Of a stretch of 64,000 nucleotides of DNA, positions 10,145-19,262 are shown piece after piece (positions within the stretch are counted from its first letter, which is position 1; each line of letters opens with the position of its first letter). Source of the DNA: Candidatus Bathyarchaeota archaeon. GTDB taxonomy: Archaea; Thermoproteota; Bathyarchaeia; Bathyarchaeales; Bathycorpusculaceae. The translations under genes were made by a program, and so were the position numbers. The notes below the pieces were generated by a model that did no database searches, was not told the DNA's origin, and worked only from the letters and a program-made list of their open reading frames with translations. The stretch spans positions 960,001 through 1,024,000 of the forward strand of contig OY970176.1 in the NCBI GenBank assembly GCA_963707955.1. The letters are read 5' to 3'.

Positions 10145-13064
10145 ATGGAATTTTCGAGAAAAATCGAAGAGAAATGGCAGAAGAAATGGGAGAAAGCCAA
10201 GATCTTCGAAGCAGACCCAGACCCGTCCAAGCCAAAGTACTATGTAACCGTGGCTTATCCGTACCCAAACAGTCCGCAGCACATCGGCCACGGAAGAACG
10301 TACACGCTCGCAGATGTGCACGCGCGGTACATGCGCATGCGCGGCTACAACGTCCTCCTGCCCATGGCCTTTCACTACACGGGCACGCCTGTCCTGGCGA
10401 TGGCTAAACGGCTCGCAGACAACGACAAGGGCCTTATCAGCGACTTCGTCAACGTCTACAAGATCCCCAGAGAAAAGCTGAAAGACCTATCTGACCCGAT
10501 GGCGATGGCCCGCTACTTTCACCAGGAAATCAAGAGGGGAATGAAAGAGATAGGCTACTCAATCGACTGGAGACGCGAGTTCACAACCATAGACCCGCAC
10601 TACAACCGCTTCATCGAGTGGCAGTTCCAAAAACTCCGCGAGGGCGGCTACATAAGCCGCGGGAGCCACCCCGTCGGTCTGGTGTCCCAGAGACGGAAAC
10701 CCAGTGGGCCAGCACGACACGGTCGGCGACGTGGAACCGGAAATAGGCGAATTCACACTGATAAAGTTCAGACAAGACAGCCTAGTTTATCCGGCAGCCA
10801 CACTGCGCCCCGAAACGGTCTTCGGCGTCACAAACATCTGGCTCAACCCCAAGAGCATGTATGTGAGAGCCAACGTTGACGGCGAACAGTGGATAATCAG
10901 CCAAGAAAGCGTGGAAAAACTTGTTCACCTCAGTCGAAAGGTCAAGGTCATAGCAACCGTCGAAGGAAAAGAGCTTATAGGAAAGCACGTTGAAAACCCA
11001 GCCACCAACGCTAGAATCCCGATACTGCCAGCCGACTTCGTCGACCCAAAGAACGCCACCGGCGTAGTCATGTCGGTTCCAGCGCACGCCCCATACGACT
11101 ACGTCGCCCTAGAAAGCATCAGAAGGACACCAAACAAACTCAAAGACTTCGGAATACCACCCCAAACCATAGACTCAGTCAAACCCATCGGAATGATCGA
11201 GGTTCCGGGCTACTCAGAGATACCCGCTGCAGACGCGGTCAGGAAGATGAAGATCCAAGAACAGACCGACCCGAAGCTCGAGGACGCAACGAAGGAAGTC
11301 TACAGACACGAGTTTCACAACGGCAGAATGAGACGAAACACCGGCAAATACTATGGCGCATCAGTGGCCGAAGCCAAGGACAGGGTGAAGAAAGACCTGA
11401 TCCAAGATGGCAAAGCCACAACCATGTACGAACTGCTGAACAGACCAGTCTTCTGCCGCTGCAAGACAGAGTGCATAGTCAAAATCTTCGAAGACCAATG
11501 GTTCATCGACTACGGAAAACCAGAGTGGAAAGCACTGGCGCACAAGAACCTCGACAAGATGGAGATACTGCCAGAAGAACTGCGCCAAGAGTTCAGCAAC
11601 GTGATCGACTGGCTGCACGAGAAAGCCTGTGCAAGAAAATCAGGCATGGGCACGCGGCTCCCATGGGACAAGGAATGGATAATCGAATCACTCTCCGACT
11701 CCACCATCTACATGGCATACTACACGATAGTCAAACACATCAAAGCAAACAGGATCCAGCCCGGCCAACTGACAGACGAAGTCTTCGACCACATCTTCCT
11801 CGGAAAAGGCGAAGCAAAGAAAATAGCTAAAAAAGTCAACTTAAACCCCAAAGTCTTAGAGCAGATGCGCAGCGAGTTCACCTACTTCTACCCATTAGAC
11901 AGCCGCCACTCAGGACGAGACCTGGTCCCCAACCACCTGACCTTCATGATATTCAACCACACCGCCATATTCCCCGAAGATCTCTGGCCACGCCAGATAG
12001 CAACCAACGGCAGCGTAATGATGGAAGGCGCAAAGATGAGCAAGTCCTTCGGAAACATAATCCCACTCAGGGAAGGCCTAAAGAAGTTCGGCGCAGACCC
12101 CATAAGGCTCAGCGTCATGTCAACCGCAGAACTGCTACAGGACGCCGACTTCAGCCCCACAATCGCCACGTCAATGCGCGACAGGATGGAACGCCTCTAC
12201 AAGTTTGTGTCAGAACTTATGAAGACTTCGAGAAAAAGAAAGACCACAAGCCAGCCGCTCACAGCCATAGACAGGTGGATGCTGAGCCGACTGCAGGAAC
12301 ACATCAAGAAAGCGACCGAAGCCATGGACAAACTCGCCGTGCGCAAAGCAATACACGGCGTCATGTACGGGTTGGACCAAGATTTCCAGTGGTACCAAAG
12401 ACGCACCGCACAACGCAGCGGAAAGAGAAAGCTCGCAATCGCGCACGTGCACCATCAGGTCACAGATGCGCAGGTCAGAATGCTAGCCCCAGTCGCTCCA
12501 CACGCATGCGAAGAACTGTGGGAGATGATGGGCGGCGAAGGCTTCGTTTCACTCAGCTCATGGCCAATTCCAGACGAGTCAAAAGTGGACATTCGAGCCG
12601 AGGAAAATGAGGCTCTCATCACGAGCGTATTGGAAGACACGTTGAACATCACAAAAGCAACAGGGGCAACACCGAAGAAAATATTCTACTACGTAGCAGC
12701 CCGCTGGAAGTGGCAAACCTGGCTAAAAGCCTTGGAAAAATCCGTCTCAGCAAAGATCGCACAGAAAGACCTGATGAAAGAGCTGATGGCAAACGCTGAA
12801 ATGAGAGCTAAGGCTGAAAAAGTGTCCAAATTCACTGCGCAAATCACAGATGACTTGAACAGGATGGCAGAGGAAAGAAAGAAAAGACTAGTGCAGATCA
12901 AACTAGTAGATGAAGCTCAAGCCTTGAAAGAAGCCAAGAACTTCTTCGAGAAAGAACTTAACGCGGAAGTATGCATCTATGACGAAGAGGACGCAGAACG
13001 CTACGACCCGAGGTCGAGGGCACAGGTCGCCAAGCCAGGTCGCCCAGCAATCTTCATAGAATAA
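10145..13064 (+). CDS. leuS: leucine--tRNA ligase, interrupted by a +1 frameshift near 10679
   Basis: HIGH in ORF 10145, KMSKS in ORF 10704; removing one base restores HPVGWCPRDGNPVGQHD. Confidence 0.93.
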
Positions 13065-13102
13065 AATATATCAACCAAGCCCGTCTTTTTAGTTCCGAAA
13101 AT

Positions 13103-13213
13103 GGATCCGTAGCGCAGCATGGATACAGGTTACGCCATAAAGCGCGTCGGCCTTCTAAAGCCGAGGCTGAGGAAAGCCGAAAGTCCTGGGTTCAAATCCC
13201 AGCGGATCCGCCA
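13103..13213 (+). tRNA. tRNA-Arg(UCU) with two BHB introns (13125-13140 in the D-loop, 13158-13174 at 37/38), CCA encoded
   Basis: Acceptor GGATCCG/CGGATCC, D-stem GCGC/GCGC, anticodon stem TCGGC/GCCGA, T-arm CTGGG-TTCAAAT-CCCAG; both inserts fold as BHB. Confidence 0.9.
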
Positions 13214-13441
13214 ATCAAAACTCAGCGAATTTTGTCATAGTAGACGCTTTCTGTCAAATCATAATTGGATCACATATTGAAGGTTAGGAACAGGCACGCG
13301 CGGTGGCTGTTCTTCTTGTGAAAGCGGAAATTATAAATCAGTAGTGAAATAATAGAGTGTAGTTGCTTCAGCATTTGACTCATCTCTGTATAAGGGGGTA
13401 GGATTACGAGCACTCACGCAGAAGATTTAAAACTTCGCCTA

Positions 13442-14164
13442 ATGACGATCGAACTGCTTAGGACCGCGAAGTACAAGAGAAACATCACCTACCGCGAACT
13501 GGCCTCAAAAACCGGTTTGCCTGTCACCGTCCTAAGTAGATATGCAAAGGGACACGTCCTCCCTAACACCTCGAGGGCAAAGCAGCTGTGGAAGGTTCTC
13601 ACGAAACTCGTGGGCCTTGAAACCGAGCTTCGTAGCAGAATAAAGTTTGATGAAGAAGGATACTTCGACAACACGGAAATCATAGGCGATTTCAACATCA
13701 TCCAGCAGGCGGCAAACCATGCGCTCGCCAACTTTGCTGGAAAGCGAGTGACAAGAGTTCTCTCTGCAGCCGTGGACGGCATCCCGCTGGCAACAATGGT
13801 TGCCAACGCCCTCGGAGTCAATCTGGTGGTCGCGAAGCGAAGCAAGGAGGTCGGCGTCAAGGCCTTCCTTGAGGAAACATACGTTCTCATGAAGGGATCA
13901 GGCGTCACGAACACGCTTTACATTCCCAAAGAAGCTATCAGGAAGCGCGACAGCGTCCTGATCGTGGACGATATGATCAAGACGGGCGAAACGCAGGCCG
14001 CATTGGTGAACCTAGTTCGGAAAGCGAAAGCTGAGATGTCAGGAGTTTTCTTCCTCATAGCCGTCGGCGACGAGTGGAAGAAGACCCTCAAACTTTCAGG
14101 CGAATGCCCGATAGAAGTGATCACGTACGTCAAGCCGCCGTACGACCAGAGCACCCGGTACTAG
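13442..14164 (+). CDS. HTH-phosphoribosyltransferase (PurR/APRT-like); true start may be upstream (~13403)
   Basis: N-terminal HTH (YRELASKTGLPVTVLSRY), PRPP motif VLIVDDMIKTGET. Confidence 0.85.
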   Translation: MTIELLRTAKYKRNITYRELASKTGLPVTVLSRYAKGHVLPNTSRAKQLWKVLTKLVGLETELRSRIKFDEEGYFDNTEIIGDFNIIQQAANHALANFAGKRVTRVLSAAVDGIPLATMVANALGVNLVVAKRSKEVGVKAFLEETYVLMKGSGVTNTLYIPKEAIRKRDSVLIVDDMIKTGETQAALVNLVRKAKAEMSGVFFLIAVGDEWKKTLKLSGECPIEVITYVKPPYDQSTRY

Positions 14165-14854
14165 TTAGAGAAACTCGGAACTTTTCCCTTTTCTGAGATA
14201 ATCCTTGCCAAGTCTCAGCAGGGCAGTTTCGAAGTTGACGAAAGACTTTCCGGTGAGTTCGTTTCTCGCCCAGAAAACCTTCAGCTGCCTCAAAGCGTCT
14301 TTCGCAGTTGCCTCTTTCTTCACGATTCCAAGCCGTTTAGCTGCCTCGACGACCAGTGGCGTCGGGCTGGGATCAGCTTTCTGCCAAACTCCACGCAGTT
14401 CTCTCAGGAAAATGCTCACAGTTACGTCACCGATGCCCTTACCCAAGGCTTTCAGCCTCCTCTCCAAGTCGCGAGCATCAGACGCCTGAACGTGGATCAG
14501 GTTAAGGCTTCCCCGGTACGTTTCGGTCAGGTTTCGCATAACCTCCAGCAGTTTGTCTGCAGTCTTAAAGTCGTAGCGCGTGTAGCTTCCTTCGTCCAGG
14601 ATCTTGACAAGCCCATCCCAACCTCTGTCGAGTATCTTCTTGGGCGTCAAGGCATCATACTTTTCGAAGCACTCGTAGGTCTTGATGACAGAGGATTCTG
14701 TTATCGGCGCACCGAAAAGCAGAGACGCCAAGAACCACTTGAAAACCTCTCTATCGTTCTCCAGTGAGAGATTTATGTCTAAAGTTTCGGAGTATTTCTG
14801 CCCTAAGCTTTCAACAAGAGCATTGACACTTTCCTTTTTCATAAGGTTTTTCAC
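14165..14854 (-). CDS. HhH-GPD/endonuclease III-related protein
   Basis: FKWFLASLLFG, YTRYD, KGIGDVTVSIFLREL. Confidence 0.75.
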   Translation of the reverse strand: MKNLMKKESVNALVESLGQKYSETLDINLSLENDREVFKWFLASLLFGAPITESSVIKTYECFEKYDALTPKKILDRGWDGLVKILDEGSYTRYDFKTADKLLEVMRNLTETYRGSLNLIHVQASDARDLERRLKALGKGIGDVTVSIFLRELRGVWQKADPSPTPLVVEAAKRLGIVKKEATAKDALRQLKVFWARNELTGKSFVNFETALLRLGKDYLRKGKSSEFL

Positions 14855-14907
14855 CTATCAACAAGTCTTATACGGTCAAGCCATAAACGGTTTACGAGGA
14901 TGAAACT

Positions 14908-15927
14908 GTGCGGACCATAGAATGGCGCAAAGGAACGGTTGCAACGATAGACCAGACAAAGCTTCCAGACGAAGAAACGCGTATCATCATCAAGAACTGC
15001 GACGAAATGGCTGAAGCAATAAGGTCAATGAGAATAAGGGGTGCGCCGCTCCTAGGCGTTGCAGCCGCTTTTGCACTGGCCTTGACAGCTTTTGACTCGA
15101 AAGCAAAGAATAAAGAGGAATTGATTGGCGAGTTGGAGGAGGCAGCAGACACCATCAGACGAACAAGGCCGACTGCTGTCAACCTTTTCTGGGCCCTAGA
15201 TAGGATCCTGAGCAAGGCTAAAGCACTGCCTGGAAACCGTGATGCCCTAGCCGGCTTCGTGGTAGAGGAAGCAAAGAAGATAGCTGATGAGGACGCGGCG
15301 GCAAACCGCACGATTGGCAAGTACGGCGCGGAGCTTGTTCATGACGGAGACGTCATACTGACGCACTGCAACGCTGGGGCTTTGGCCACAGTCGAGTATG
15401 GCACTGCTCTCGGCGTTATTCGAGCAGCTTGGGAGCAGGGAAAACGCATCAAAGTGATCGCGGCTGAGACTCGTCCGCTCTTGCAGGGCGCACGACTGTC
15501 AGCTTATGAGCTTAAGAAAGAGGGTATACCGGTCACCTTGATCACCGACAACATGGTCGGATACCTTATGTATAAGAAGATGGTCAACGAGGTCTTGGTC
15601 GGCGCAGACAGGATAGTCAGAGACGCGGTAATCAACAAAGTTGGAACGTTCACAGTCGCTGTTCTGGCCAGAGAGCATAAGGTTCCCTTTTACGTTGCCG
15701 CACCAAGCTCAACGTTCGACCTTGTTCACACTTCAAGACAGGTTGTTATCGAGGAACGAAAGCCAGAGGAGGTCACCCACATAGGCTCAAAACGCATCAC
15801 CGTCGAGGGAGTAGACGTGCTAAACCCAGCTTTCGACATAACTCCACTCAAGTACGTGACAGCGATAATCAGTGAAAAAGGCATCTTACGACCGAAATAT
15901 TTCAGTGAACACAAAGCCAACCGCTAA
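14908..15927 (+). CDS. mtnA: methylthioribose-1-phosphate isomerase (eIF-2B-alpha family)
   Basis: IRGAP, RPTAVNL, THCNAGALAT, ETRPLLQGARL, NPAFDITP. Confidence 0.9.
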   Translation: MRTIEWRKGTVATIDQTKLPDEETRIIIKNCDEMAEAIRSMRIRGAPLLGVAAAFALALTAFDSKAKNKEELIGELEEAADTIRRTRPTAVNLFWALDRILSKAKALPGNRDALAGFVVEEAKKIADEDAAANRTIGKYGAELVHDGDVILTHCNAGALATVEYGTALGVIRAAWEQGKRIKVIAAETRPLLQGARLSAYELKKEGIPVTLITDNMVGYLMYKKMVNEVLVGADRIVRDAVINKVGTFTVAVLAREHKVPFYVAAPSSTFDLVHTSRQVVIEERKPEEVTHIGSKRITVEGVDVLNPAFDITPLKYVTAIISEKGILRPKYFSEHKANR

Positions 15928-15955
15928 TAGGAAGATATCGATAACTTCATGATAG

Positions 15956-16525
15956 TTGTGGAATTGGATGAGCAAGAAAGAAAAGCTAACCAACAGCGGC
16001 TCAGAACTCAAGATTAATGGCTTACTCGTTGAAAATGGGGTTCGAGTCACTGAAAAGGAGTCCGTAGACGAACTCTCGTCAAGAGGTTACGGTGTAGTCG
16101 AGGGCAAAGAGCTGCTGCTCACCTTCTACGAGGCTCTCTACCTCTTGGACAAGCAGATGCTGGAAGCCCAGGATGAACAAGGTAAGAAGGTGAACTTTCA
16201 AAGTCTAGTGGAACTCTACGAGAGCCTCAACGAGAACGCTTGGGCAGGATACCTAGTTTACCGAGACCTGAGAAGCCGCGGATACGTGGTCCGAGAAGGA
16301 TTCGGTTCAAGAGTTGACTTCCGCGTCTACGACCGAGGAGACTACAGCAAGGCCACCGCAAAATATCTGATCATAAGCGTTCAAGAGGGAAAACCGACCT
16401 CGCTCGAAGACCTCACAAGCTCGTTGACAGAAAGCCTAAGTCTGAAGAAGGAGCTAGTTTTGGCCGTCATCAACCGCAGAGGAGAAACAGTTTATTATTC
16501 AGTCTCAGAATTGAACCTAAAATAA
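15956..16525 (+). CDS. endA: tRNA-splicing endonuclease subunit (probably structural; catalytic His not apparent)
   Basis: EALYL, YLVYRDLRSRGYVV, DFRVY, G...YY. Confidence 0.8.
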   Translation: MWNWMSKKEKLTNSGSELKINGLLVENGVRVTEKESVDELSSRGYGVVEGKELLLTFYEALYLLDKQMLEAQDEQGKKVNFQSLVELYESLNENAWAGYLVYRDLRSRGYVVREGFGSRVDFRVYDRGDYSKATAKYLIISVQEGKPTSLEDLTSSLTESLSLKKELVLAVINRRGETVYYSVSELNLK

Positions 16526-16543
16526 TGCCGAGGAAAACAAGGA

Positions 16544-17833
16544 ATGCCTGAGTTCAAAACCCTCCGCGGAATGAGAGACCTCATGGCAGAAGATGCCAAA
16601 ATGATGATATACGTTGAAGACCAGGCCAGAAAAACAGCTCGACTTTACGGGTACAAAGAGATTATGACGCCAGTCGTAGAATCGTACGACCTTCTCGCAG
16701 CCAAAGCAGGCGACGAAGTCAGGTCTAGAATGTTTGCCTTCAAAGATCTGGGCGGGCGGGACGTCGCGCTGCGGCCCGAGTTCACGGCTTCAATAGCAAG
16801 ACTTGTCGCCACGACCATGAGGAACGAGCCTAAGCCGTTCAGACTCTTCTGCATGGGCACCGTGTACCGATACGATGAGCCGCAGCGCGGGCGGTACAGA
16901 GAGATCTGGCAGTCCAACTACGAACTCATAGGTTCAAGCAGACCTGAGGCAGACGCTGAAATAATCATGCTGACTGACGGTCTGATGCGGGAAGCTGGCC
17001 TTGAGAGGTTTGATGTGAAAGTCGGCCATGTTGGGGTCCTGAGAGGAATACTAGGCCAAGAAAGAGTGGGAGAAAGAGAGCAAAGCGCAATTATGCAGCT
17101 AATGGACAAAAAGGAGTATGATAACGCCCTGAAGCTGGTAGAAAGTGCCGGCGCCTCACCCAAATGCTTAGAGGTTCTGCGCCAACTGGTCGAATGTAGA
17201 GGAACTGACGTTACAGAGGTTGTGAACAAGACAGAAGAGCTTGTTAAAAACTACGAAAAGTCCGTGATAGCAGCGGAAAACCTGCGGGAAACTCTGAAGC
17301 TTGTCTCAGAGAGCGGATGCAAGATCAACGTGACCGTTGACGCAGGTTTCGCCCGCGGGCTCGAGTACTACACGGGAATGATCTTTGAAGTCTACGTGCC
17401 AAGCATTGACGTCGCCCTCGGAGGCGGCGGGAGATATGACAAGCTTGTCGAGCTGTTCGGAGGAGAACCGACACCGGCCGTAGGAATTGCCCATGGAATT
17501 GACCGCATAGTGCTTGCGATGAAGATGCAGAAGACTGTGCTGAGAACAGGAAATGAGAAGACTGTCATTGTCGTTCCAATTAAAGAAGAGTTGAGAGCTG
17601 AGGCCTTGAAGATTTCGCGGATGCTGAGAGATGCTGGTGTGCTGGTTGAGGTTGAAGTAATGGGACGAAGGATGGCCAAGGCGTTGGAGGATGCTGACAG
17701 AAGGAAAATTAATTATGCGATAATCGTTGGAGAAAGAGAGCTAAGTGAAGGAGCCGTCGTTGTTCGCGACTTGGCTAAGAGACAGCAGAGCACGGTGAAA
17801 GTTGAAAGAATAATAGACGTAATAAAGCGCTGA
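16544..17833 (+). CDS. hisS: histidine--tRNA ligase
   Basis: LRPEFTAS, YRYDEPQRGRYRE, RGLEYYTG, GGGRYD. Confidence 0.97.
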   Translation: MPEFKTLRGMRDLMAEDAKMMIYVEDQARKTARLYGYKEIMTPVVESYDLLAAKAGDEVRSRMFAFKDLGGRDVALRPEFTASIARLVATTMRNEPKPFRLFCMGTVYRYDEPQRGRYREIWQSNYELIGSSRPEADAEIIMLTDGLMREAGLERFDVKVGHVGVLRGILGQERVGEREQSAIMQLMDKKEYDNALKLVESAGASPKCLEVLRQLVECRGTDVTEVVNKTEELVKNYEKSVIAAENLRETLKLVSESGCKINVTVDAGFARGLEYYTGMIFEVYVPSIDVALGGGGRYDKLVELFGGEPTPAVGIAHGIDRIVLAMKMQKTVLRTGNEKTVIVVPIKEELRAEALKISRMLRDAGVLVEVEVMGRRMAKALEDADRRKINYAIIVGERELSEGAVVVRDLAKRQQSTVKVERIIDVIKR

Positions 17834-17839
17834 AGACTT

Positions 17840-18313
17840 CTAAAGCGTACGCGCTTCTCTCCTCAGGAAGTCGCCTATGTCTGAGATGTTCTTTATGACA
17901 ACACTCTCCTCTTCCCTGCCTAGGTCGGAGACTACTCTGCCGAAGCCCAGGCATTCACCATAACAGTTCAGCACTAGAACGTGATCACCCTTTCTCCCTA
18001 GGCCGATAACCTTCAATATTCCTGGTTTGAACACGTCTCTTCCGCAGATGAACAACCATTCCGTCTTCTTGTTGACGACAACTCTGTTTGCTTTCTTTTC
18101 TGCTATCATTCTTAACAGGTCAAAGCCGGGGAAGAATCTCCCATTCTTAACTTTCCCAAGGTACGTGCCAGCGTAGAAAAAGTCCTTCAAAGCCAACTTC
18201 TTCAAACTCGCGCTCAAGAGGAAATACCTGTCTCTATTCTTCACGATCAGACTCTCGTCTAGGCTTATGCTTGCTGCAAACAGACTGACAAAATCATCTA
18301 TTGGCTTTATCAT
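17840..18313 (-). CDS. Nip7-like PUA-domain ribosome biogenesis protein
   Basis: EWLFICGRDVF, CLGFG, DIGDFLRRE; start re-set to ATG 18313. Confidence 0.8.
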   Translation of the reverse strand: MIKPIDDFVSLFAASISLDESLIVKNRDRYFLLSASLKKLALKDFFYAGTYLGKVKNGRFFPGFDLLRMIAEKKANRVVVNKKTEWLFICGRDVFKPGILKVIGLGRKGDHVLVLNCYGECLGFGRVVSDLGREEESVVIKNISDIGDFLRREARTL

Positions 18314-19200
18314 GCAGATTCGCTCTTCAGGAGTTTGCACATGAAGAAACCCTGCGTTTGCCCCGGCCAAATCCTAATACAATTCCGCACTGAACCGTCC
18401 AAATGCTTTCCGAACACTTCTGTCAGCCCTTCCTGTCCGTAACAACTGATTTCTTCAACTTTCATGTCTAAGCTCCTGATTGCCCAGTCGATGTTCAGCT
18501 CATTTTCTTCAGGCTCCAAGGAGCATGTGGAATAGATGATTTCTCCATCGTCTTCTAGCATCTTGACGGTTTCTGTCAGTATCTCTCTTTGCAGCGCCGC
18601 GTTTCTTTCCACGTCTTTGATCGTTCTTCTTTTGAACCAGTTCCTGTCTGTTGCGAAGTTTCCTGAGCATGGCATGTCGAGAAGTATTCGGTCAAAGCTT
18701 GTTTCCAGCTGTGATACGCGTCTTGCATCTAGCTGGTAGACTATTGCGTTCTTGACTTGACATCTTTCCAGCTGGTTTGATAAGGCAGTGAGCCTCTGCC
18801 GGTTAATGTCGAGAGCTACTATTGCACCTGTGTTGCCCATGAGGTCTGCTAGCTGAGTGGTTTTGCCTCCGGGAGCCGCGCAGGCGTCGAGAACTGTCTT
18901 GTCCTTCAGTTCTGTGAATAGCGCGGCTGGGATCTGAGCCGCTGCTTCTTGGATTGAGTACAAGCCTGATAGATACCCCGTTGTTGCGCCAGCAGAGAAA
19001 CGTGACTCTTCAACCCAATAGCCATTTTTAAGAAAGGGAACCTTTGTGAGCACTAATCCCTGGTCTTGCAGTCTTGTTACGAGGTCCGGAGGTTTCTTGA
19101 CGTTGGCAGAGTTGATTCTGATCGTTTTCTTGAATTCAACGGTGTGGTATTTCCAGCCCAGTTTTCTGTATCGGTCTGTGAAGAACTCTTTACTAGACAT
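18310..19200 (-). CDS. RsmB/NOP2 family RNA m5C methyltransferase
   Basis: LDACAAPGGKT, ILLDMPCSG, YSTCS; start re-set to ATG 19200. Confidence 0.92.
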   Translation of the reverse strand: MSSKEFFTDRYRKLGWKYHTVEFKKTIRINSANVKKPPDLVTRLQDQGLVLTKVPFLKNGYWVEESRFSAGATTGYLSGLYSIQEAAAQIPAALFTELKDKTVLDACAAPGGKTTQLADLMGNTGAIVALDINRQRLTALSNQLERCQVKNAIVYQLDARRVSQLETSFDRILLDMPCSGNFATDRNWFKRRTIKDVERNAALQREILTETVKMLEDDGEIIYSTCSLEPEENELNIDWAIRSLDMKVEEISCYGQEGLTEVFGKHLDGSVRNCIRIWPGQTQGFFMCKLLKSESA

Positions 19201-19262
19201 CAACGATAGTTTGGAGAGTTGTTCATAAAAGCTTGATGTAGGTGAGATCAGATACAGAGGCT

